Made by a program: the position numbers and the translations under genes. Below are positions 8,727 through 16,779 of a stretch of 53,639 bases of DNA, piece by piece. This stretch comes from a virus (taxonomy: Duplodnaviria; Caudoviricetes). The notes beneath the pieces are model-generated. The model was not told the DNA's origin and ran no database searches. It was given only the letters and a program-made list of their open reading frames with translations. How positions within the stretch are numbered: the stretch's first letter is position 1; each line of letters opens with the position of its first letter. Location of the stretch: positions 1-53,639 of IMG/VR virus record IMGVR_UViG_3300025723_000054. One strand, given 5' to 3'.

Positions 8727-8800
8727 GGATGGTCAGCATATTGGTGTATGACGCTCCCCTGTCACGGGAGAGATTGCGGATTCGAATTCCGTACCATCCG
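8727..8800 (+). tRNA. tRNA-Asp(GUC)
   Basis: GGATGGT/ACCATCC acceptor; CTCCC-CTGTCAC-GGGAG; T loop TTCGAAT; discriminator G; no encoded CCA. Confidence 0.85.
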
Positions 8801-8802
8801 CA

Positions 8803-8887
8803 CGGAAAAGATTCCTAGGGATAGGAACTATCTTGACAAAGATAAGTACTGCACGAATCATTATAAGTTCGAATCTTAATTTTCCGC
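8803..8887 (+). ncRNA. atypical tRNA-like RNA (GAC in a 6-nt loop)
   Basis: CGGAAAA/TTTTCCG; TTCC/GGAA D arm; TATCT-TGACAA-AGATA; AAG-TTCGAAT-CTT. Confidence 0.55.
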
Positions 8888-8923
8888 AGTAGAGAATCAC
8901 AACTCTAAAAAAAATGTGAAACT

Positions 8924-8997
8924 GGTCTATGGATGTGGCATGGTGTGGCTACTGGATTGTCAATCCAGGGAGACGGGTTCGATTCCCGTATAGACCG
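8924..8997 (+). tRNA. tRNA-Asp(GUC)
   Basis: GGTCTAT/ATAGACC; CTGGA-TTGTCAA-TCCAG; ACGGG-TTCGATT-CCCGT; discriminator G. Confidence 0.85.
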
Positions 8998-9152
8998 CAA
9001 AAAAAGTACTGTTGTACGTGAAACGGTAATTTCACCACAATAAGACTTTTCTGATATTATCAAGTTTACCGATAAGATAATAACAGTTTTGTTCCCTTTG
9101 TCCCGTAGCTAAGGACGGTTCCTCACTGGAACCCATTAAAGGGAACGCTAAC

Positions 9153-9225
9153 GGGTAGTGTAGCTCACATGGTAGAGCGAGGGGAGAAAGCCCCTGCGTA
9201 GGTGGTTCGATTCCACCCCTACCCA
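9153..9225 (+). ncRNA. tRNA-like RNA with 6-nt anticodon loop AGAAAG
   Basis: GCTC/GAGC D arm; AGGGG-AGAAAG-CCCCT; GGTGG-TTCGATT-CCACC; bulged acceptor stem. Confidence 0.7.
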
Positions 9226-9273
9226 CAAATTAGAACAACCAGAGCATGACTTGGATGGTGTCTAATTAAAAAC

Positions 9274-9368
9274 GGCGAGAAAACTCCCATACTGGAATTT
9301 GGGAATTATCTTGATAAAGATAGGTACGGCAGATAAAAACATTATAAGTTCGAATCTTATTCTCGCCA
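9274..9368 (+). ncRNA. atypical tRNA-like RNA (GAT in a 6-nt loop), paralog of 8803-8887
   Basis: GGCGAGA/TCTCGCC; TATCT-TGATAA-AGATA; ATAAG-TTCGAAT-CTTAT; long unpaired variable region. Confidence 0.6.
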
Positions 9369-9409
9369 CGAAATGGGTTGAAGATATACATTGAGTGGAA
9401 TCTTCACAT

Positions 9410-9482
9410 GGGGGTAAAGCTCTAGTGGATGAGCACGTGCTTTGCAAGCATGAGGTTGTGGATTCGAGTTCCACTACCTCCA
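9410..9482 (+). tRNA. tRNA-Ala(UGC)
   Basis: GGGGGTA/TACCTCC with G3:U70; CGTGC-TTTGCAA-GCATG; discriminator A. Confidence 0.9.
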
Positions 9483-9594
9483 CAGGATTAAAATCTGTCC
9501 GAATGGTAGTAGGACATAAGTGAGAAGGGAGTGCGAGTCTCCATCTATACCAGTTCGAGTCTGGCATGGGCAGAAAAGCAAAAAATTATGATTT

Positions 9595-9671
9595 GGGGGT
9601 TGGGACTGCATAGGAGTGGTCACTGCACTTGCAATGCAGAAATCAGAGCGAATCGTTCTCGCTAACCTCCA
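9595..9671 (+). tRNA. tRNA-Ala(UGC), divergent T loop
   Basis: GGGGGTT/AACCTCC with G3:U70; CTGCA-CTTGCAA-TGCAG; AGCGA-ATCGTTC-TCGCT. Confidence 0.8.
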
Positions 9672-9739
9672 CAGGTGTGGTTTAAGATGTTTGTCCACCG
9701 AGGCTGTTCTATTTAATCATAGAATAACAAACATCATAT

Positions 9740-9812
9740 GGTACTCAAGCTAACTTGGTAGAAGCATCAGACTGAAAATCTGGGGGACTCGGCTCGGAAC
9801 CGAGGAGTACCA
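9740..9812 (+). tRNA. tRNA-Phe(GAA)
   Basis: GGTACTC/GAGTACC; TCAGA-CTGAAAA-TCTGG; CTCGG-CTCGGAA-CCGAG. Confidence 0.85.
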
Positions 9813-9828
9813 CAAAAATGGAAATGAC

Positions 9829-10029
9829 ATGGAGTTAGAAGACTTACCAATTAGTGAATTGGAAAGAATTGTGGGTGAAGCAACAGCGAGGGCTGCTGAT
9901 GAAGCTATGAAAATCATGGGCTATAATGTTATTGCGTTGAATGGTTGGGTTGTTAAATTATTTCCTGATGGAAGTATTGAAAAGATTAAGGAAATACCTA
10001 AGTCTAACACACCACTAAAATTAGATTAA
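9829..10029 (+). CDS. hypothetical protein
   Basis: 66 aa ORF between tRNA genes. Confidence 0.6.
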   Translation: MELEDLPISELERIVGEATARAADEAMKIMGYNVIALNGWVVKLFPDGSIEKIKEIPKSNTPLKLD

Positions 10030-10091
10030 AAGTTCTTTGAAAAAGATTTGTTAGATTGAAATAAAAGATGTATATTTGCAATATAATAAAC

Positions 10092-10351
10092 GGGTAAAAA
10101 ATAGCATACAGCACACAAGCGAATTTTGGTTTAAGACACTGTTAAGGTGCGCTACCAATTAGGATGTTATTTCTGAAGACGTTTTAAGTTTGTCTCTTTG
10201 TGACGGAACACATTAACTGAATAGAAATCAGGGGAAAATTCTTAAGGCCCTAGTAAGATAGTTCTAATTGTCGGTCATCAGGAAAAATTAAGAAGGATTT
10301 AAAGATATTCCGACTTTAAATAGGCCCTTAAATGTTATTTGTTAGTTACCC
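10092..10351 (+). ncRNA. putative structured ncRNA, about 260 nt
   Basis: Lies between two TATATTTG promoters; termini pair (GGGTAA/TTACCC and AAATAGCAT/ATGTTATTT); no ORF in the track. Confidence 0.5.
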
Positions 10352-10480
10352 AAAAAGGTTGTATATTTGCAAAGAAATTCAGATAGAACAACGCCGAGGA
10401 AATAAGCCTTTGGTATCTGAGTAACGAATTTCAAATTAGGTAATTGAGTTTGAGATGGAGTAGTTAGAAAGATTGTTTAT

Positions 10481-10553
10481 GGGACTGTAGCTCAGTTGGT
10501 AGAGCATTAGATTGAAGCTCTAGGTGTCGTGGGTTCGAACCCCTCTGGTCCCA
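10481..10553 (+). tRNA. tRNA-Phe(GAA)
   Basis: GGGACTG/TGGTCCC; canonical D arm; TTAGA-TTGAAGC-TCTAG. Confidence 0.9.
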
Positions 10554-10614
10554 CAAGATGCTCTGACCGTTCAGAGAATTGAGTAGATGAAACATAGGTC
10601 GTCTAGTCACAAAT

Positions 10615-10707
10615 GGCGAGATAGCTCAGAATGTTAGGTGCTAAGTACTAGCATGAGGTAGAGTAGTCCGAAAGGATTGGACGGTGGTTCGAATCCATCT
10701 TTTGCCA
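10615..10707 (+). ncRNA. anticodon-less tRNA-like RNA
   Basis: GGCGAGA/TTTTGCC; hairpin inserted in the D loop; anticodon arm is GTCC-GAAA-GGAT; GGTGG-TTCGAAT-CCATC. Confidence 0.75.
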
Positions 10708-10777
10708 CAAATTTTTTAATAGTTCTTTGAATCAATACTTTTTTTAGGGTTCGACATATTTATATATAAATCATTAT

Positions 10778-11560
10778 ATGAATTTATGTAAAAAATGTGG
10801 AAATAGGTTTGAACCAATTAAAGGTTTAATAAATTATTGTTCTTTAGAGTGTAGAAATAGTAGAACTTGGAGTGAAAGCGATAAATTAAAAAAATCTGTA
10901 GTAGCTAAAAATTCTGAAAAAGTAAAAATTGCTAATAAAATTAACGCTAAAAATAACGTTGGTAAATTTAGAGTTGATAGGGTTATAAATATTTGCCCTG
11001 TTTGTAATAACGAAATCTCAAGTCTTTCAACAGTTAATACCAAATATCATAAAGAATGTTATAAAACAGTATCTGGCGGCTATCGTAAGAATAGTGGTCG
11101 TGGTAAATGTGGTTGGTATAAAGGTTATTGGTGTCAAAGCTCTTATGAGTTAGCGTTTGTTATTTATAATTTAGAAAACAATATAAGTTTTGAACGTAAT
11201 AATGATACTTTTGAATATATTTTTGATGGTAAAATTCATTTATATTTACCAGATTTTAAAATAGGTGATAAATATGTTGAAATAAAGGGTTATTATAATG
11301 AACAAGTTTTTGAGAAGATTTCAGTTTTAAAGGATAATTTAATATTGCTTGATAAGTCAAATATGACACATATTTTTTCTTATGTTGTTGATAAATACGG
11401 TAAAGATTTTATTAAACTATTTGAGGGTAATCCACATAATCAATTAACTACAACTTGTAGGGAATGTGGTAAACCTTGTAAAAGAAAAAATCTTTATTGT
11501 AGTAGAGTTTGTTCTGGAAAAGGTGTTAGTAAATTAAATAAAAATGCTATGGTCGACTAG
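10778..11560 (+). CDS. PD-(D/E)XK endonuclease with Zn-finger motifs, probable homing endonuclease
   Basis: SSYE...YLPDF...VEIKG; several CxxC and YCSxxC motifs; own ATATTTATA motif; stop codon lies inside tRNA-Glu. Confidence 0.8.
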   Translation: MNLCKKCGNRFEPIKGLINYCSLECRNSRTWSESDKLKKSVVAKNSEKVKIANKINAKNNVGKFRVDRVINICPVCNNEISSLSTVNTKYHKECYKTVSGGYRKNSGRGKCGWYKGYWCQSSYELAFVIYNLENNISFERNNDTFEYIFDGKIHLYLPDFKIGDKYVEIKGYYNEQVFEKISVLKDNLILLDKSNMTHIFSYVVDKYGKDFIKLFEGNPHNQLTTTCRECGKPCKRKNLYCSRVCSGKGVSKLNKNAMVD

Positions 11561-11631
11561 TGGCTCAGGTCGCATCCCTTTCAAGGATGTGGGGAGAAAT
11601 CCCCTCACGGGTTCGAATCCCGTCCATAGTA
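11546..11631 (+). tRNA. tRNA-Glu(UUC) with long variable arm
   Basis: GCTATGG/CCATAGT; CATCC-CTTTCAA-GGATG; variable arm GGGGA-GAAA-TCCCC. Confidence 0.85.
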
Positions 11632-11669
11632 CAAAAGTTCTTTTATTTATTAAAATAAATTAGTTAATT

Positions 11670-11873
11670 ATGGGAATGTTTTCTGAAATATCAAATGGTG
11701 GAAATGCTAAATTAATCGGTGAAAAGATATTATTAGCTGTTGAAGAAAATCCTGAAACAAAAGAGTTTGTAAGAAAGTATTTTTTACCAATTTATAACGA
11801 TTTTGTTGTTGATGCATATGGTTGTGAGAATAAAGAGGTTGATAAAAAAATCTTTGAGCTATTTGGCCCATAA
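11670..11873 (+). CDS. hypothetical protein
   Basis: 67 aa ORF whose end overlaps the next tRNA. Confidence 0.55.
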   Translation: MGMFSEISNGGNAKLIGEKILLAVEENPETKEFVRKYFLPIYNDFVVDAYGCENKEVDKKIFELFGP

Positions 11874-11947
11874 TACAATTGGGTGAGTGACCGTCCTTTC
11901 AAGTCGGGGCCGTAAGGTCAGAGTGGGTTCGATTCCCATGTGGGCTA
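11865..11947 (+). tRNA. tRNA-Glu(UUC) with long variable arm
   Basis: GGCCCAT/GTGGGCT; CCGTC-CTTTCAA-GTCGG (one mismatch); variable arm GGCC-GTAA-GGTC. Confidence 0.8.
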
Positions 11948-12139
11948 GGCTATCAAGTTAACTTACCGCTATGAGGTGATAGCTAGAAACAGGTAATGCT
12001 GGCTAAATTGTTAACGAGTTGTAAAGAGACTCTTAAACTGGAAAGATACCATAAGAGACGGTGGTAAATGCTTTACGACAAAGAATTGGTTCATTAATGA
12101 AATGGTTTTTGATGTGATATATTAATCAAAAAGAAAACT

Positions 12140-12472
12140 ATGGAAAAGATGAATGAATTTTTAGAATCATTGAGGGTAACACCAATATATGAGGGTTTCT
12201 CTGACAGAGAAGATGTGTTTGCACAGTTTGCAAAAACTGAAGACACAGACATACAAATCGTATATGCAAACTATGTTTGTGAATGTTATGAAGGAAGCGC
12301 AAGCGTAATTTATTACAGAGAATCAACAGGTAAGTATTATGAAGTGTATGGTGGACATTGTTCATGTTATGGGTTGGAAGACCAATGGAATGGCGATGAA
12401 GAAATAGTGGTTGCAGAACTGCTAAATCGTGTGGTTGAGCTAAATGCTCTCTACAAAAATTGGGCCCAGTAA
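12140..12472 (+). CDS. hypothetical phage protein
   Basis: 110 aa; YEGSA...GGHCSCYGLE motif. Confidence 0.75.
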   Translation: MEKMNEFLESLRVTPIYEGFSDREDVFAQFAKTEDTDIQIVYANYVCECYEGSASVIYYRESTGKYYEVYGGHCSCYGLEDQWNGDEEIVVAELLNRVVELNALYKNWAQ

Positions 12473-12532
12473 AGCCTCTTGCGCAAGCAATGTAACTGGT
12501 GGAGATAACCTTCGGGTGACGCTCTCCAAATC

Positions 12533-12606
12533 GGGTGGTTAGCTCAGTTGGTTAGAGCGCATGGGTATCCCCCTAGAGGTCGTTGGTTCGAGTCCAGCAC
12601 TGCCCA
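12533..12606 (+). tRNA. atypical tRNA, apparent anticodon AUC (Asp)
   Basis: Canonical D and T arms; GGGTGGT/ACTGCCC; anticodon arm CATGG-GTATCCC-CCTAG has two mismatches. Confidence 0.55.
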
Positions 12607-12792
12607 CAATGACAAAGAGATGGTCAGGAAGTAACGGTCTCCCTCGCTTTAATGAGGTTGATATGTGGGGAAATGCTGACAAATCCGTCTCGCATCCACA
12701 TTATAGGATTGACAGTTTGCGGTAAGACGCTTTGGTTTTTGAAATAGGAAAAAACCTAATTATCTACTTACAATAATCTCATGTAAGGAAAT

Positions 12793-12879
12793 GGTGCGGT
12801 AGCTCAGTTGGTAGAGCAATGAGGACCAGCAATGGTCATGAAAACTCATGTGTCGGTGATTCGATTCCACCCTGCACCA
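12793..12879 (+). ncRNA. tRNA-Phe-like RNA with a GNRA hairpin inserted in the anticodon loop
   Basis: ATGAG-[GACCA-GCAA-TGGTC]-ATGAAAA-CTCAT; acceptor GGTGCGG/CTGCACC. Confidence 0.75.
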
Positions 12880-13009
12880 CGATTGTTAAAACGCTGGCTT
12901 CGTTTTGAAATGATAGATAACATGCCACTGTGTAAAAACGAACAGAAACACTATCAAGAAGGAAAGTCTGCAACTAAACCTGCTTAGCTTTTGGAATGTA
13001 AAGGCAAAT

Positions 13010-13141
13010 GTGTATGTAGCATAAAATGAATGCACTAACGAAAGTTAGGTTGTTTTTAGATTACCTCAGGTTAGACTCCTGAGTTAAAGAGGTTAATGGT
13101 AATCTATTGAAAACTAGAAGGTTCATCCCCTTCCATACACA
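13010..13141 (+). ncRNA. anticodon-less tRNA-like RNA with very large variable arm
   Basis: GTGTATG/CATACAC; GCAT/ATGC; CTAAC-GAAA-GTTAG; TAGATTACC/GGTAATCTA helix; GAAGG/CCTTC T arm. Confidence 0.7.
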
Positions 13142-13393
13142 CTATATAATGAAAAAAATGGATATTGAATTGTTTAAGAAAAATTATACACCATTGATGA
13201 TGTCATTGGTTAACACACTAGCTAAAAAGCTTGAGTATGAAATTAAGCATGATATATCTACTGGAAATCATCATATTATCATGAAAGCAAAGTATAAAAT
13301 TGAGACTTTAGCTGAATGTAAAATGTTGTTAGAGGTTTACGAAGGTTGCCCAATTTGTTTTAAATTGGATTGTCAAAGTGACCATAAATAAAT

Positions 13394-13467
13394 GGAATAT
13401 TAGTAGAGTTGGTTACAATATCCCCCTGTCACGGGGAAGGTCACGGGTTCGAATCCCGTATATTCCG
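13394..13467 (+). tRNA. tRNA-Asp(GUC)
   Basis: GGAATAT/ATATTCC; TCCCC-CTGTCAC-GGGGA; ACGGG-TTCGAAT-CCCGT; discriminator G. Confidence 0.9.
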
Positions 13468-13603
13468 CTGGTTAGTTCTTTTTTGGTTACTGTAGGAACA
13501 AATAGGGAAGCACCCCGATAAAGACCCGTTCAGCGGTCCTTTTGATTTCATGAGTATTTAGGTCCTTCAGTGGCTACAAGAAAGGTGCAAGCTGACCAAA
13601 TTT

Positions 13604-13673
13604 GGAGATTTGGTGTAATTTGATAGCATGGCCCACTGTCTGGGTTGGCGAGGTTTAAGTCCTTAGTTCTCCG
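13604..13673 (+). ncRNA. degenerate tRNA-like RNA (Asp-like)
   Basis: GGAGA/TCTCC ends with discriminator G; GGCCC-ACTGTCT-GGGTT; GAGG-TTTAAGT-CCTT. Confidence 0.5.
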
Positions 13674-13677
13674 CAAA

Positions 13678-13787
13678 TGTTCTGATAGAATACTGGTTGT
13701 ATTCGCAATATGTAAGAGCCCATATACCAATTGCTGCTTTATGGGACAGAAAAGTTGAGGGGAAAGTTCGATTCTTTCGAAGGACAC
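13678..13787 (+). ncRNA. tRNA-like RNA with hairpin in an expanded anticodon loop
   Basis: TGTTCT/AGGACA; GAAT/ATTC D arm; CAAT...CCCATA/TATGGG...GTTG; GAAAG-TTCGATT-CTTTC. Confidence 0.55.
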
Positions 13788-14277
13788 GTTAATAACAAAA
13801 AAAAAATAATGAAAACAGTTAATATAGTTTTATTATATACGAGAAATAATTATGCTGATAATTTTATAGACGATGATGGTAAAATCAGTCATTGTAGTTG
13901 GAAATATTCTAATTATAGGTTTGTAAAACAAACAACTAAAGGAGTAGATTTGCATGTGGTTCAAAAACCAACTGATGATTTCAAATTGGATGATATGGCA
14001 TTTAATCCATTTTTAAAACCATATCTGTGGCGTAAAAGACGTATTGGTGAAAAAAATAAGGTTGATTTACATCCTTATACGGTGAAAATAATTAAAAATA
14101 ATCTTAATTATTTAGAAATAGAATTCATAATGGACTATTTAAATAGTCTTGATAAAATACCATTTGGTAAGGTAATAACAATAAATATAAAAAATTGAGC
14201 GCAATGAAACAGCTGGACGCATTTGGCTCACAGAGCAATATATAAAGTTCTGTGAGGATAAAAAAATCGAATTTAAG

Positions 14278-15057
14278 ATGGAAGAAAGTATCAAATCCTA
14301 TGATGATACAACCCTATTCTGCCCATCAGGTATGCAACAATTTAAGTCCTTATTCAAGGATGTAAATTACAGGGGAACACAGTCGAATATTCAACCATGT
14401 CTACGGTTGAACGACATTGAAGAAATTGGTGATGGAACGCATCTACTATATTTCAACATGATTGGGTTATTCTCATTCCGAGAATTAACTCTTACTTACA
14501 CAATTGATTTTTGGTTTGAATTTTTAGGTACTATTGGTATTATACCAGATTATGTTACTATTCATCCAGATAAGTTGGACTGGAAGGAACTTTATGTTAA
14601 GCATAACGTTGAGGTTAGGCTTGATGAAGGATGCCTTTGGACTGATGGCGATATAGGTGGTTATTGTACTGAGTTCTATAAGAATGATATTGAGATTGGT
14701 AATATTGTCAATACTCTAGGAACATGCATTGACGTTGGTTTTGGTCTTGAGAGATTAGAATTGATACTTACTGGTAATAAGCCATCTAAAGAAAGTACAT
14801 TAAGGGAGAGTATAATGAAAATTATTGATAGTGGGGTATTGCCGAGTCATAATAAACAAGGTCATATTTTAAAGAAACTATTACGTCTTTGTTATAGAGA
14901 AGGTATTGAGATTGACCATCAATTATATCGTGATGAAGTCATAAGAAATGACAAGATAAAACTTAAATGGGAACGTTTAAAAGAAAAATTTAAACACATG
15001 CCTGATGAATGGTTTTGGAACACACATGGAATTGATGTAACGTTATTTAAAAAATAA
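14278..15057 (+). CDS. alaS: minimal alanyl-tRNA synthetase (aminoacylation domain only)
   Basis: DTTLF..SGMQQFK, QPCLR..DIEEIG..H..FNMIG.FSF, EIGNIV and IDVGFGLERL motifs; no editing or C-Ala domain; reading frame is open upstream to about 14191. Confidence 0.85.
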   Translation: MEESIKSYDDTTLFCPSGMQQFKSLFKDVNYRGTQSNIQPCLRLNDIEEIGDGTHLLYFNMIGLFSFRELTLTYTIDFWFEFLGTIGIIPDYVTIHPDKLDWKELYVKHNVEVRLDEGCLWTDGDIGGYCTEFYKNDIEIGNIVNTLGTCIDVGFGLERLELILTGNKPSKESTLRESIMKIIDSGVLPSHNKQGHILKKLLRLCYREGIEIDHQLYRDEVIRNDKIKLKWERLKEKFKHMPDEWFWNTHGIDVTLFKK

Positions 15058-15341
15058 TTTTGTTGTCTCAAAATTAATATGTATATTTGCACCATGAGAA
15101 TAATTAATTTAATAGAGTCAATTGAAGGTAAAATCAATCAGATTCAATCGTTTTTAGTAGTTGATGAAAAGTTAGCAGCAGAAGTGCAAGCTAAAGTTGA
15201 AACTAAGTTTATTGAGGCAATTAATGACCATACAAGCCCTGCCATCTTATCAACTGAGAGTGAGCAATATTGGTTGGAAAAGGGTCATTATACCAACAAG
15301 AACTATCAGTTACAAATTGTTTCATCTTATACTGCACAATA

Positions 15342-15617
15342 ATGAAAAAGTACGTAATTTCTTCGATAATGTTGTGTCTAATTTTTAGCTGCACAACTAA
15401 CACATCTAACGATAATCGGGTTTTATCAAATAAACCTAGTGGCGTTGATACTTTAAATCTTGGTGATGCTATAACACCAATTGTTTCAAAAAGATTTGAA
15501 ATGAATGGTATGAGCTATATTAGCTTTTCAGAAGCATGTGGCTATACATCACCTTTTATTATCAATTTAACTAAAGACAGCCTTGAGGTTGCTTTATTAC
15601 GTAAAAAATTAAAGTAA
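15342..15617 (+). CDS. putative lipoprotein
   Basis: MKKYVISSIMLCLIFSC lipoprotein-type signal; start refined from the track. Confidence 0.6.
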   Translation: MKKYVISSIMLCLIFSCTTNTSNDNRVLSNKPSGVDTLNLGDAITPIVSKRFEMNGMSYISFSEACGYTSPFIINLTKDSLEVALLRKKLK

Positions 15618-15618
15618 T

Positions 15619-16779
15619 ATGCGAATAGTATTCACTGGTGGCCCTAGTAGTGGTAAAACAACCATCATCAATCAATTAGCATTGGATGACTATAATGTTG
15701 TTCAAGAACCAGCAAGACAGTTATTAACTGTTCACGGAGATGTATTGTTCACGGAACGTGAACGCTTTCAAACTCTATTAGAAGATTTATGTGTTGAAAA
15801 TTATAACAATAATCCAAACGCATATTATGATAGAGGATTACATGATGAGATTGCATATCGTAGAAAATTTGGCACACCAATTAGTGAAAAGCTAGACGCT
15901 GAGTGTAAGAGATTAAAGTATGATATTGTATTTGTTTTTCCACCATGGAAAGAAATCTTTGAAAATGATGCGATAAGAAAAGAAACATTTGAAGAAGCTG
16001 CATCAATATACGATGGTATTGTCGCTGGGTATAAAGAATATGGCCACGAACCAATCGTTGTTCCATTTGGAAGCGTTGAAGATAGAATTGCCTTTATTAT
16101 TAATGAGGTTAAAAACAAAAAGAATTATATCAAATATTGGGCCAATTCTTGTCCAACTAATTTAGCCTTTATTGATAATATTATTAATAATGATTTATTA
16201 TTAAGATACCCTACGCATATTTTATCAAACGCTGGTAAGGGAAAGACAGCTATTTTAGCAACAATCACGTCTAATCTAGTTAAACAGGATAATAAAAGAA
16301 TCTTTATTTTGACTGACAGTGCCGCTAGAGATTTTACAACTAAGTTTGCATCAAATATTACTGGCGTTAGCATGAAGGATTTAATGATTCTTGATGGGGA
16401 TAAACTAAAAGAGACCGTTAGTAATCATAAAGGTACTAACTCAAAAGCTTTTATTAAGTTTTTACCACAAGGTACCAAACTTGAAGAATATTTTGATACC
16501 TTAGCAATGAACATCGAATTTAATAATTTTAATTTTTTGATGCTCGATATACCAAGTTTTAAAGGCGTTGACGAATTAATTAGACGAGTCAAGTCTAGGT
16601 TTGGAATACCTGTATTTTCAACTAAACACTTAATAAAATTTGGTACGCCATTAGACCAAAATCTTAATAATTTCATTGTATTAAATGATGAACAAAATGC
16701 AGTTGATATTTTAACCAAAGATTATTGTGTTTTGGACCATCCTATTGAAATGAATTTTGACCCACTAAAAATTCGTTAA
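15619..16779 (+). CDS. AAA_28/NadR-type P-loop kinase fused to a degenerate RecA/DnaB-like domain
   Basis: TGGPSSGKTT, EPAR, DRG, PPWKEIF..D..RKE; second P-loop-like NAGKGKT. Confidence 0.7.
   Translation: MRIVFTGGPSSGKTTIINQLALDDYNVVQEPARQLLTVHGDVLFTERERFQTLLEDLCVENYNNNPNAYYDRGLHDEIAYRRKFGTPISEKLDAECKRLKYDIVFVFPPWKEIFENDAIRKETFEEAASIYDGIVAGYKEYGHEPIVVPFGSVEDRIAFIINEVKNKKNYIKYWANSCPTNLAFIDNIINNDLLLRYPTHILSNAGKGKTAILATITSNLVKQDNKRIFILTDSAARDFTTKFASNITGVSMKDLMILDGDKLKETVSNHKGTNSKAFIKFLPQGTKLEEYFDTLAMNIEFNNFNFLMLDIPSFKGVDELIRRVKSRFGIPVFSTKHLIKFGTPLDQNLNNFIVLNDEQNAVDILTKDYCVLDHPIEMNFDPLKIR

Noticed and set aside
9010-9075. Hammerhead ribozyme (GAAAC and CTGAT present)
   Set aside because: The core CTGATGA is not intact and I could not build the three flanking stems.
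9032-9698. Minus-strand ORFs 9032-9226, 9262-9567 and 9474-9698 (also 13548-13787)
   Set aside because: They are antisense translations of tRNA genes.
12955-13005. RNase P RNA (GAAGGAAAGTC resembles its conserved 5' motif)
   Set aside because: No matching 3' P4 strand was found and the space before the next RNA is too short.
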